The translations under genes and the position numbers were made by a program. The notes beneath the pieces were generated by a model. That model made no database searches, was not told the DNA's origin, and worked only from the letters and a program-made list of their open reading frames with translations. From a bacterium (GTDB lineage: Bacteria > Sysuimicrobiota > Sysuimicrobiia > Sysuimicrobiales > Segetimicrobiaceae), in the NCBI GenBank assembly GCA_035307765.1, contig DATGHU010000007.1, positions 28,117 through 92,116 of the forward strand: a stretch of 64,000 bases of DNA, in the 5' to 3' direction. Each line of letters begins with the position of its first letter. The first letter of the stretch is position 1. Of this stretch, positions 9,655 through 18,738 are shown one piece after another.

Positions 9655-11528
9655 CGGACCAACCTGACGAGCACGATGACGACCACGCCGAGAAAGATCA
9701 GCAGGAGATAGTTTTCCTCGCGGCCGGTCTGCAGGGACCGCAGGAACCACCCGAACCGTCCCGCGAGCCAGCCCACGGCATTGACGAGCCCGTCGACGAC
9801 GTAGCGGTCGAAGGCGCCGGCAAGCCAGATCACCGCCCACCCGGCGCGGAGGAACACCCACCCGTAGAAATCATCGACGAAGTACTTGCGCACGAGCAGC
9901 GTGTACAGCGGACCGAACCACCGCCGTAGGGCGGTGGACGGGACGATCCGCCAGCGGTAGATCGCGCCCGCCGCCAGCCAGCCGGCCGCCGCCACCAGCA
10001 CCGAGAACAGGAGCAGCCCCGTGTTCGACGCGGGTTCCTCCACCCCCGGGAACCGCACGAACCGTCCGAACGGATGCTCGGCCAGGCCCAAGAAAATTGA
10101 GCAGACGGCGAGGATCACGAGGGGCACGGTCATCACCCGCGGGCTCTCGTGCGGATGCCCACCCCCGTGCGCCGTCCCCCCCGGGGCATCGTGGCCTCCC
10201 GCGGTGGCCGCCGCGCCGCGATAACTGCCGGCAAACGTGTACCACATCAACCGCCCCATGTAGAGCGCCGTGACGAACGCGCCGATCGTCCCGATCAGCC
10301 AAAGCGCCTTGTTCTGCGTGTAGGCGGCGAGCAGGATCGCGTCCTTGCTGAAGAACCCCGAAAACGGAGGAATCCCGGTGAGTGCCAGCGTGGCGACGAG
10401 AAAGGTCCAAAAGGTGACCGGCATCGCCTTGGCCAGCCCGCCCATCTCCTTCATGTTATTGGTGGCGACGGCGTGAATGACGCTCCCGGCGCCCAGGAAT
10501 AGGAGGGCCTTAAAGAAGGCGTGGGTGATCAAGTGAAACATCCCCGCCGAATACCCCAGCACCCCGAGGCCCATCATCATGTAGCCCAGCTGGCTGACCG
10601 TGGAGTAGGCGAGCACGCGCTTGATATCGTCCTCGACGACGCCCATCGTGGCCGCAAACAAGGCGGTGATCCCGCCGATCCACGCCACCACCCAGAGCGC
10701 GTTGTGCGCGGGGGAAAGGATGAACAGCGGGAAGGTGCGGGCCACCAGGTACACGCCGGCCGCCACCATCGTCGCCGCGTGGATCAACGCGCTCACCGGG
10801 GTCGGCCCCTCCATCGCGTCCGGCAGCCACACGTGGAGAGGCACCTGCGCGGACTTGCCCACCGCGCCGCCGAATACCAAGATCGCGGCGGCGGTCAGCA
10901 AGGGGCCGCCGATCTGGCCGGCCTCGATGCCCTTGAACACCTCGGTAAAGTTCAGGGTGTGCGTGTGCAGGAATAGGATCAGGATCCCGATCATCATCGA
11001 AAAATCGCCGACCCGGGTCGTGATAAACGCTTTGAGCGCCGCCCGCGCGGCGGAGGGGCGCTCGAACCAGAAACCGATCAGCAAGTAAGAGCACAACCCC
11101 ACGAGCTCCCACCCGGCGTAGATGAAGAGAAAGTTGTCGGCGAGGACCAGGAAGAGCATCGAGAACTGGAAGAGCGACAGATAGGCGAAGAACCGCGAAA
11201 ACCGTGGATCCCCGTGCATGTAGCCGACCGAGTAGATGGTGATCAGCGAGGCGACGACCCCCACCATCGCCGCCATGACGGCGCTGAGGGGATCGACGAC
11301 GAACCCGACGGTCAGCGGGTGGTTGCCCAGGGTGACCCAGCGGTAGGTGAGGTCGGCCCGCGCTCCCATCCCCACCTCTCCCAGGAGCTGCAGGCCGCCC
11401 AGGCCCGCCAAGACGATGCCGGCGATGCTCACGAACGCCCCGCGGCCGGGCAACCGGTCGCCCCGCCAGATGATCAGGACGAACGCCAGAAGCGGCATCA
11501 GGGGAATGAGCCAGACGTTCTGAGTCAT
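9651..11528 (-). CDS. nuoL: NADH-quinone oxidoreductase subunit L
   Basis: 625 aa NuoL/ND5 with long C-terminal extension region. Confidence 0.9.
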   Translation of the reverse strand: MTQNVWLIPLMPLLAFVLIIWRGDRLPGRGAFVSIAGIVLAGLGGLQLLGEVGMGARADLTYRWVTLGNHPLTVGFVVDPLSAVMAAMVGVVASLITIYSVGYMHGDPRFSRFFAYLSLFQFSMLFLVLADNFLFIYAGWELVGLCSYLLIGFWFERPSAARAALKAFITTRVGDFSMMIGILILFLHTHTLNFTEVFKGIEAGQIGGPLLTAAAILVFGGAVGKSAQVPLHVWLPDAMEGPTPVSALIHAATMVAAGVYLVARTFPLFILSPAHNALWVVAWIGGITALFAATMGVVEDDIKRVLAYSTVSQLGYMMMGLGVLGYSAGMFHLITHAFFKALLFLGAGSVIHAVATNNMKEMGGLAKAMPVTFWTFLVATLALTGIPPFSGFFSKDAILLAAYTQNKALWLIGTIGAFVTALYMGRLMWYTFAGSYRGAAATAGGHDAPGGTAHGGGHPHESPRVMTVPLVILAVCSIFLGLAEHPFGRFVRFPGVEEPASNTGLLLFSVLVAAAGWLAAGAIYRWRIVPSTALRRWFGPLYTLLVRKYFVDDFYGWVFLRAGWAVIWLAGAFDRYVVDGLVNAVGWLAGRFGWFLRSLQTGREENYLLLIFLGVVVIVLVRLVR

Positions 11529-11538
11529 CGGCGGCGGC

Positions 11539-11850
11539 TCACCATTTCATCAGGTTGATCTCATCGACATAAATCGTCTCCAGGCTCCGGTAGGCCGCGA
11601 GGATCAGCGAGAGCCCCACGGCCGCCTCGCAGGCGGCGAGCGTGATGACGATCAGCGCAAAGATCTGCCCCTGCATCGCGCCGGGGGCGCCGTACTTATT
11701 GAAGGCGACCAGGTTGATATTCGCCGCGTTGAGCATCAGTTCGATCCCCATCAGGATCGCGACGCCGTTGCGGCGGGTCAGGACCGCATACAGCCCGAGG
11801 CAGAACACGAGCGCGCTCAGCACGAGGTAGTGGAGTGGAGTGAGCATCAC
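11539..11850 (-). CDS. nuoK: NADH-quinone oxidoreductase subunit K
   Basis: 103 aa, 3 TM, NuoK/ND4L. Confidence 0.9.
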   Translation of the reverse strand: MMLTPLHYLVLSALVFCLGLYAVLTRRNGVAILMGIELMLNAANINLVAFNKYGAPGAMQGQIFALIVITLAACEAAVGLSLILAAYRSLETIYVDEINLMKW

Positions 11851-12344
11851 TACTCCTCTTTCCGGGCGATGATGATCGCCCCAACCAGCGACACGAGGAG
11901 GACGATCGACGTCCCCTCAAACACCAAGAGGTTGGGCCCAAGGAAGCTCTGCCCGATCGCCCCCGGGGTGTAGGCGGGCAACGCCCCCGCGGCCCGGCTC
12001 CAGGCGGTGTGCATCACCCCGGTGATCAACAGGGCCGCCATCAGCACGGCCACCACGACCCCGATCGGCCCCTGCTCGTTCCGCTGCCGGAGCCGCAGGC
12101 CGGTGCCCCCTTCGGTCAACATGATGACGAACAGGATGAGGACGGTGATCGCGCCGGCGTAGATCAGCACCTGAACCCCCGCGAGGAACTCGGCGTTGAG
12201 GAGGATGTAGATGCCGGTGACCCCGAGGAAGGCCGGGATCAGGGCGACCGCGCTGTGCACGATGTTGGGGCTCGCGACCACGACCACGCCCGAAAGCAGG
12301 AGCACCGCGGCCAGCGCGTAGAACGCGATCACCTCGCCGGTCAT
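11850..12344 (-). CDS. nuoJ: NADH-quinone oxidoreductase subunit J
   Basis: NuoJ/ND6-like; ATG at 12344 overlaps nuoH stop (ATGA); ORF-track N-terminal extension spurious. Confidence 0.85.
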   Translation of the reverse strand: MTGEVIAFYALAAVLLLSGVVVVASPNIVHSAVALIPAFLGVTGIYILLNAEFLAGVQVLIYAGAITVLILFVIMLTEGGTGLRLRQRNEQGPIGVVVAVLMAALLITGVMHTAWSRAAGALPAYTPGAIGQSFLGPNLLVFEGTSIVLLVSLVGAIIIARKEE

Positions 12345-13375
12345 CGGTGGACCACCATCACGAAGAACGCGGTCACGACCAGGTTCAGCAGCGCCACCGG
12401 AATGAGAATCTTCCAGGAGAAATTGAGGAGTTGGTCGATCCGGAACCGCGGGTAGGTCCACCGGACCCACATGAAGACGAAGATCAGCGCGTAGAGTTTG
12501 ATGATGAACCACAGGACCGGCGGGAGCACAGGGCCGCGCCACCCCCCGAGGAACAGCGTCACCGCCATCGCGGCCATCGCGAACATCTCCCCGTACTCAC
12601 CCAGTTGGAACAGGGCGAACCGCATGCCGGTGTATTCGGAGAAGTATCCGGCCACCAGTTCGCTCTCCGCCTCAACGAGATCGAACGGCACCCGGTTCAC
12701 CTCGGCGGTGGCCGCGATGATGAAAATCAGGAAGGTCACCGGCTGCTCGACCACGTACCACCAGTGCGCCTGAGCGTCGACGATCTTGACCGTGGAGAGC
12801 GATCCCGCCAGCATGGCGATGGTGATCAACGCCAGCCCCATCGGGATCTCATAGCTCACCATCTGCGACGCCGACCGGAGCCCGCCGAGCAGCGCATACT
12901 TGTTGTTCGACCCCCACCCCGCCATCAGGATCCCCACCACGACCAGCGACGAGGTGGCGGCAAAGTACAAGACGCCGATGTTGAGATCCCGGAAGATCAG
13001 CGGTCCCCAGCGGGTGACCCCGAAGGGAATCACCACGTAGTCGAGGAGCGCCGCCAACGGCACCACGAGGACCGCGGTGGCGAAGATCATGGCGTCCGCA
13101 TGCCGCGGGACGATGTGCTCCTTCTGCAGCAGCTTGATCGTGTCCGCGATGGTCTGCAGCAGGCCCTGCGGACCGACGTGCTTGGGGCCGAGCCGGCTTT
13201 GGATCCAACCGCTGATCTTCCGCTCCAGCAGGACGCCAAACATCGCGGCGATGATCGCGACCCCGGAAAAAATAAGGATCGTGCCGACAATGGCCCGCAG
13301 CAGTTCAACGTACCAAGGCACCGGATCCGCCTCCGCTAGGACCGCATCGCCGACTGGCGCATCCCTGCCGAGCAC
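12341..13375 (-). CDS. nuoH: NADH-quinone oxidoreductase subunit H
   Basis: NuoH/ND1 motifs (LERKISGWIQSRLGPKHVGPQGLLQTIAD); start ambiguous, GTG at 13375 or 13321 (latter has GGAGG SD). Confidence 0.85.
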   Translation of the reverse strand: MLGRDAPVGDAVLAEADPVPWYVELLRAIVGTILIFSGVAIIAAMFGVLLERKISGWIQSRLGPKHVGPQGLLQTIADTIKLLQKEHIVPRHADAMIFATAVLVVPLAALLDYVVIPFGVTRWGPLIFRDLNIGVLYFAATSSLVVVGILMAGWGSNNKYALLGGLRSASQMVSYEIPMGLALITIAMLAGSLSTVKIVDAQAHWWYVVEQPVTFLIFIIAATAEVNRVPFDLVEAESELVAGYFSEYTGMRFALFQLGEYGEMFAMAAMAVTLFLGGWRGPVLPPVLWFIIKLYALIFVFMWVRWTYPRFRIDQLLNFSWKILIPVALLNLVVTAFFVMVVHR

Positions 13376-13406
13376 CGCCCCCTGCTGGCTTCCGCACCCT
13401 CCATCG

Positions 13407-13763
13407 CTAGACCCACTCCAGCGCACCCCTGCGCCATGCGTAAATCAGGCCCAAGGTCAGAATCACGAGGAAGATCAGGATGTCGTAGAATGCGAGCGGG
13501 CCCTGGCCGCGCGAGACGACTGCCCACGGGTAGAGATAGATCACCTCGACGTCAAAGACCACGAAGACAAGCGAGAAGAGGTAATAGCGGACGTTGAACT
13601 GGGACCAGGCCTGGCCGATGGTCGGCATGCCGGACTCGTAGGTCTCCAACTTCTGCGGATAGCTACTGCGCGGGCTGATCAGCCAAATGATCAGGAGGGG
13701 AAGCGACACCATCGCTGCGCCCACGATGGCGAACACGGCCACGTATCCCCAGTCGAGCAGCAT
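13407..13763 (-). CDS. nuoA: NADH-quinone oxidoreductase subunit A
   Basis: 118 aa, 3 TM, NuoA/ND3. Confidence 0.85.
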   Translation of the reverse strand: MLLDWGYVAVFAIVGAAMVSLPLLIIWLISPRSSYPQKLETYESGMPTIGQAWSQFNVRYYLFSLVFVVFDVEVIYLYPWAVVSRGQGPLAFYDILIFLVILTLGLIYAWRRGALEWV

Positions 13764-13975
13764 GCCCCTTCACCCCGCCCTCGTGCTGCGTTCCGCGCAG
13801 ACCCCATCCCGAACCGGGGCACTCGTCTGCCGCCCTCCTCACCCCCGCCGGGCGAGCCGGGGAACGCCCCGGGGCGGCGGGAGGCCAACGACGCTCGGTC
13901 GCCTTCTGTGGAGGTCGGCGCACAGTGGACCTGATACAGCAGAACCCGTTTCCGACGGGCAAAAACGCGGATTTT

Positions 13976-14005
13976 ATCGTAGTATTCTTTGCCGAAGGGT
14001 GTCAA
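13976..14005 (-). promoter_or_regulatory. Putative promoter of nuoAHJKLMN (TTGACA-N18-TACGAT), about 200-nt GC-rich leader
   Basis: Read on minus strand immediately after yvcK stop. Confidence 0.3.
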
Positions 14006-14010
14006 GTTTC

Positions 14011-15375
14011 CTACAGCGCCGCGGCGGCCCGCCGCGCTTCCGGCGAGACCGTGGCCAACAGCTGCAGGAGCACCGTCGTGATCTTCCTGGGGTCGTGCCG
14101 CACCAACTCCTCTTCGCTGATCAGATCCTCCGAGACGGGACGCAGGCCGAGCGCGCGAATGGCGTCGACGTCCGGCTCAACCGGTTCGGCCCCCTGCTGG
14201 CTGTACCGGGCCAGCAGGGCTTGGTTGCGGGGACGCCGGGTGTTGACGAGGACGTAGTCAAAAATCCCCCGCCCACCCTGCTCCAGCAGCACCCGGGCGT
14301 GATCGGCGGCGCGAAACCCGCGCGTCTCCCCCTGCTGGGTCATCACGTTGCAGACGTACACCTTCAGGGCGCGCGCGCGCCGCAGGGCATCGACCACCCC
14401 GTCGACCAACAGGTTCGGGATCACGCTCGTGTACAGGCTCCCGGGCCCGAGCACGATGATGTCCGCCTCCGCGATGGCGTCGAGCACGTCCAGGAGCGGC
14501 CGCACCCGAGCGGGTTTGAGGAACACCCGCCGGATCGTCCCGCCGGCGCCGGTGATCGCGGACTCCCCTTCCACGATCGTCCCATCGCTCATCTCGGCAC
14601 AGAGGGTCACGTCCTCAAGCGTGGTCGGTAGAACCCGGCCACGGATCGCGAGGACCTTGCTGCATTCTTTGAGCGCCGTCTCGAGATCCCCGGTGACCTG
14701 CGACATGCTGGCGATAAAGAGGTTGCCGAAGCTGTGCCCGTCCAGGTCGCCGCCCTTGAACCGGTGCGTGAACAGCTGGGTGAGAAGGGGCTCGGCTTCC
14801 GCGAGCGCGACCAGGCAGTTGCGGATGTCCCCCGGGGGCAGGATCCCTTGCTCGCGGCGCAGCCGGCCCGAGGACCCGCCGTCGTCGAACACGGTGACGA
14901 CGGCCGTGAGGTTCGTCGAAACTTTCTTCAAACCGCGCAGCAGCGTCCCGAGGCCCGTCCCCCCGCCGAGCACCACGATCCGCGGCCCCCGCTGCAGCTG
15001 GCGCTGCTGCATGATCATCCCCACCAAGCGCGGGTCCCCCCGCGGCAGGAAAACCCCGACCACGGCCCCGATCGTTTCGCGGATCCCGTACACGATGATC
15101 CCGATCCCGAGCAGCAGCAGGACGGTCCCGATGACGATCGGGGAAATGACATGGCCCGTCACGATGTATGCCATGTCGATGGCGCGAATGACCGCGCGCT
15201 CCAGCACGTCGAGGAGCTTGAAGTTGACGATGAGCACCACCCCGACACTGACGAGAGAGATGCCGAAGGCCATCAGGGCGATCCAGCGTTTGATGCCGAG
15301 CCCAGGCTCCAGCCACCGAAGTGAGAGCCGCACCCGGTCCAGCCCCTGCCGGTTGCGCTTGCCGTTCAGGCTCAT
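14011..15375 (-). CDS. yvcK: YvcK/CofD-like (UPF0052) gluconeogenesis-factor family protein with N-terminal TM segment
   Basis: GGGTGL...VFDDGGSSGRLR...LGPGSLYTS motifs; downstream of rapZ as in Gram-positive yvcJ-yvcK. Confidence 0.85.
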   Translation of the reverse strand: MSLNGKRNRQGLDRVRLSLRWLEPGLGIKRWIALMAFGISLVSVGVVLIVNFKLLDVLERAVIRAIDMAYIVTGHVISPIVIGTVLLLLGIGIIVYGIRETIGAVVGVFLPRGDPRLVGMIMQQRQLQRGPRIVVLGGGTGLGTLLRGLKKVSTNLTAVVTVFDDGGSSGRLRREQGILPPGDIRNCLVALAEAEPLLTQLFTHRFKGGDLDGHSFGNLFIASMSQVTGDLETALKECSKVLAIRGRVLPTTLEDVTLCAEMSDGTIVEGESAITGAGGTIRRVFLKPARVRPLLDVLDAIAEADIIVLGPGSLYTSVIPNLLVDGVVDALRRARALKVYVCNVMTQQGETRGFRAADHARVLLEQGGRGIFDYVLVNTRRPRNQALLARYSQQGAEPVEPDVDAIRALGLRPVSEDLISEEELVRHDPRKITTVLLQLLATVSPEARRAAAAL

Positions 15376-16223
15376 TCCTTCCTCACGTCCCGGTGCTTGA
15401 CCCGCACGACGTAGCCCGCTTCGCGCAAGAATCTGGCCAGTTCATCGCCGACGACCACCGATCGGTGCCGGCCCCCGGTGCATCCGATGGCCACCGTCAG
15501 GTGGCTCTTCCCTTCCGCCGTAAACTGCGGCAGGAGGTAGGAGAGCAGTTCGCGCAGCCTCCGCTGGAACTCCGCGGTCTGCGGCGCCCCCAGCACGAAC
15601 TCGCGAATCTCCGCGCTGCTTCCCGGCAGCGCGCGCAGCGCCTCGACATAGTAGGGATTCGGCAGGAAGCGAACGTCGAAGAGCAGGTCGGAATCGAGGG
15701 GGATTCCGTACTTGTAGCCGAAGCTGATCACGGTCACCGTCAACGTCCGGCGGCCGTCGGTCCGCACGAACGAATCCGCCAGCTCCTGCTTGAGCTCCCT
15801 CGCCGTCAGCGTGCTGGTGTTGATGATCCGGTGCGCACGCTCCTTGAGCGGCTGCAGACGCCGGCGCTCGGCGCGGATGCCATCGAGCACGCTTCCCCCG
15901 AGCGGATGCTTGCGCCGGGTTTCCTCGTAGCGGCGGACCAGGATCTCATCCGAGGCGTCCAGGAACAGAATCTGAAAACGAATGCCGCTTTGGTCCAGGC
16001 TCTCCAGTGCCGCCCCCAGCTGGTCGAAAAACTCCCCCCCCCGGATGTCGCTCACCAACGCCACATGCCGGATGCGCCCCTGCGATTCTTTGATCACCTC
16101 GGCGAACTTCGGGATGAGCGCGGGGGGCAGGTTGTCGACGCAGAAAAACCCCAAGTCCTCAAGCGAATGGGTGGCGAGCGACTTCCCCGCGCCGCTCAAG
16201 CCGGTCACGATGAGGAACTCCAT
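15372..16223 (-). CDS. rapZ: RNase adapter / nucleotide-binding protein RapZ (YvcJ)
   Basis: P-loop GLSGAGKS near N-terminus; ATG at 16223 with GGTGAGGAG SD; ORF-track extension spurious. Confidence 0.9.
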   Translation of the reverse strand: MEFLIVTGLSGAGKSLATHSLEDLGFFCVDNLPPALIPKFAEVIKESQGRIRHVALVSDIRGGEFFDQLGAALESLDQSGIRFQILFLDASDEILVRRYEETRRKHPLGGSVLDGIRAERRRLQPLKERAHRIINTSTLTARELKQELADSFVRTDGRRTLTVTVISFGYKYGIPLDSDLLFDVRFLPNPYYVEALRALPGSSAEIREFVLGAPQTAEFQRRLRELLSYLLPQFTAEGKSHLTVAIGCTGGRHRSVVVGDELARFLREAGYVVRVKHRDVRKE

Positions 16224-16264
16224 CTCCTCACCGACCACACCCGCGACCGGCTGGCGGCTGGCCA

Positions 16265-16603
16265 TCAGTCCGCGACCAAGCGGCTGAGGACGGCGCTGAT
16301 CACGCTGAGCACGACGGCGCCGAAGAGGGCCGCCCAAAAACTCGCCAGCTGCAGGCGGTGCGTCAGCCCGGCCACGAGGTAGAGCATCCCAGCGTTTATG
16401 ACGAGCGTGAAGAGGCCGAGGGTCAAAATCGTCAGGGGCAGCGTCAGGATCAGCACCACCGGCCGGATCACCGCGTTGACGATCCCCAGCACCAGCGCCG
16501 CCACGACCGCGCCCCAGAAATCCGAAACCCGGACCCCGGGGACGATCAGCGTGGTCAGATAGAGGGCAATGGCATTAATGATCCACCGAACGATCAATCC
16601 CAT
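16265..16603 (-). CDS. DUF360 / phage-holin-4 superfamily 4-TM membrane protein (YvlD-like)
   Basis: 112 aa; IINAIALYLT...LGIVNAVIRPVVLILTLPLTILTLGLFTLVINAGMLYLVA typical of family. Confidence 0.75.
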   Translation of the reverse strand: MGLIVRWIINAIALYLTTLIVPGVRVSDFWGAVVAALVLGIVNAVIRPVVLILTLPLTILTLGLFTLVINAGMLYLVAGLTHRLQLASFWAALFGAVVLSVISAVLSRLVAD

Positions 16604-16686
16604 CGACTTGACTTTTGATTATATCAGGTTGGGTGGACCGGGGATACGCCGGGCGTCGACCGGCGGGGACTCGAGGAACGCTGCGC

Positions 16687-17586
16687 CTACCCGGAAGACC
16701 GACGGGGAGCCGGAGCGTCCTTCAGCCGTTCGCGCAGCAGCGCGGGGATCCCGCTGACCAGGGTCGCCACCGCCACCCCCGCCGCTTCGAGCGTGCGGAT
16801 CTTGTGTTCGGCGGTCCCTTCGGTCCCCGAGATCACCGCCCCCGCGTGCCCCATCCGTTTGCCTTCGGGGGCGGTCCGGCCGGCGATGTAGGCGGCGACC
16901 GGCTTCTTGATGTGCGCGGCGATGTGCCGTGCGGCGTCTTCCTCCGCCGAGCCGCCGATCTCGCCGATGAGCACGATGGCATGCGTATCCGGATCGGCGT
17001 TGAAGAGTTGGAGGATATCTACATAACTCATCCCGACCACGGGATCGCCACCCAAGCCCACGGCCGTCGACTGGCCGAGCCCGGCGTGAGTGAGTCCGGC
17101 CACAACCTCGTAGGTAAGGGTCCCACTGCGCGACACGATTCCCACATGACCGGGGCTGAACAGGTGCGTAGGCATGATCCCCACCCGGCACTGCCCGGGC
17201 GTCGTCACCCCAGGGCCGTTGGGGCCGAGCACGTTGACCGCTTGACGGCCCGCGTAGGCGACCGCCTCGATCGCGTCGTGAACCGGCATCCCCTCGGTGA
17301 TGATGACCACGGGGTTGAGCCGGCAGGCGATCGCTTCCAGCGCCGCGTCGCGGGCGAACATGGGCGGCACAAAGATGACGCTGGCGTTGGCCCCGGTCGC
17401 GCGGACCGCCTCGTCCACGGTCTCGAACACCGGCACCTCGTGGACCTTCGTTCCGCCCTTTCCGGGGGTGACCCCGGCGACCACGCGCGTTCTCGCTTCG
17501 AGCATCAGTCCCGTGTGGAACATCCCCTGGTAGCCGGTGATCCCCTGCACCAGCAGCCGTGTGTCGCGCCCCACCAGGATCGCCAA
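16687..17586 (-). CDS. sucD: Succinyl-CoA synthetase alpha subunit
   Basis: 299 aa; CoA-binding and phospho-His loop (SRSGTLTYE) motifs. Confidence 0.95.
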   Translation of the reverse strand: MAILVGRDTRLLVQGITGYQGMFHTGLMLEARTRVVAGVTPGKGGTKVHEVPVFETVDEAVRATGANASVIFVPPMFARDAALEAIACRLNPVVIITEGMPVHDAIEAVAYAGRQAVNVLGPNGPGVTTPGQCRVGIMPTHLFSPGHVGIVSRSGTLTYEVVAGLTHAGLGQSTAVGLGGDPVVGMSYVDILQLFNADPDTHAIVLIGEIGGSAEEDAARHIAAHIKKPVAAYIAGRTAPEGKRMGHAGAVISGTEGTAEHKIRTLEAAGVAVATLVSGIPALLRERLKDAPAPRRSSG

Positions 17587-17587
17587 T

Positions 17588-18715
17588 TTAGGGCCCCTGG
17601 TGAGGGCGTGACGTCCCTCGGGATAGCGCCACCGCCTGCCGAGCCGCCCCGTCGGGATCGAGTCCCGCCGAGATCCCGGCCGCCCGGAGGATGCGCTGCC
17701 CCTCCTCTTCGTTCGTCCCGGTCAGCCTGATGCTCGCCGGAACCCTCGGCGGGTCTTGCACGATGCCCTTCGCGACATCGTCGCAGCGGGTGATCCCGCC
17801 GAATACATTGATGAAGAGCGCCCGGATCCCGGCCTTGCGCTGGACAATCGCGATGGCCTGGCGCATCCCTTCCGCCGTCGCCCCACCCCCGATGTCGAGG
17901 AAGTTGGCGGCGCGGCCGCCGAAATGCGCCAACAGGTCGAGGGTGCTCATGACCAGTCCGGCCCCGTTCCCGATGACGGCGATGTCCCCCTCCAGCTCGA
18001 CGTACGACAACCCGTGGGACCGCGCCTCCCGCTCGAGGAGGGTGAGCTCCTCCGAGGCGGGCCGGTCCGCGTGCCGATACGCCGCATTGTCGTCGAGGAC
18101 GAGCTTGGCGTCGATGCAGAGGAGGTTGGCGCCCACTACCGCCAGCGGGTTGATCTCCGCCAGTTCGGCGTCCTCGGCCCAGTACAACCGGTAGAGGCGG
18201 CCGGCGATCCCCGCGAATTCGTTGAGCCGGGGACCGGCAAACCCCAACCGGCGGCCGATCGAGCGCCCCTGAAATGGCGGGCACCCCAGAGACGGATCGA
18301 TCGCCGCGGTCACGATCTTTTCGGGGGTCGTCTTCGCCACCGTTTCGATCTCCACCCCACCGGCCGCAGAGGCCACGGCGACCGCCCGTCGGGCGGAGCG
18401 ATCGGTGACAAAGGCGAGGTAGTATTCCGCGGCGATGTCCGCGGCGGGGGCGACCAAGACCCGCCCCACCCGCTCTCCCCTGATCGACATCCCGAGGATG
18501 GCGCGGGCCTGAACTTCGGCCTCGGCCGGCGTCTTGGCGAGCTTGACGCCTCCCGCCTTCCCGCGCCCCCCCACGAGTACTTGGGCCTTGATGACCACCG
18601 GGTACTGGACACTCAGCCCGGCCACCTGCTCCGGGCGCTCGATCACGACCCCGAGCTGGACGGGGAGGTCGTAGCGGGCGAAAACCTCCTTAGCCTGATA
18701 CTCGTGAAGTTTCAG
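17588..18715 (-). CDS. sucC: Succinyl-CoA synthetase beta subunit (probable CTG start)
   Basis: ORF track starts at internal GTG (18646) but conserved N-terminus KLHEYQAKEVFARYDLPV continues in frame upstream with no ATG/GTG/TTG; CTG at 18715 preceded by GCAGAGGA SD, 23 nt after mdh stop. Confidence 0.85.
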   Translation of the reverse strand: MKLHEYQAKEVFARYDLPVQLGVVIERPEQVAGLSVQYPVVIKAQVLVGGRGKAGGVKLAKTPAEAEVQARAILGMSIRGERVGRVLVAPAADIAAEYYLAFVTDRSARRAVAVASAAGGVEIETVAKTTPEKIVTAAIDPSLGCPPFQGRSIGRRLGFAGPRLNEFAGIAGRLYRLYWAEDAELAEINPLAVVGANLLCIDAKLVLDDNAAYRHADRPASEELTLLEREARSHGLSYVELEGDIAVIGNGAGLVMSTLDLLAHFGGRAANFLDIGGGATAEGMRQAIAIVQRKAGIRALFINVFGGITRCDDVAKGIVQDPPRVPASIRLTGTNEEEGQRILRAAGISAGLDPDGAARQAVALSRGTSRPHQGP

Positions 18716-18738
18716 GGGGCGATCCTCTGCACGAAGGG

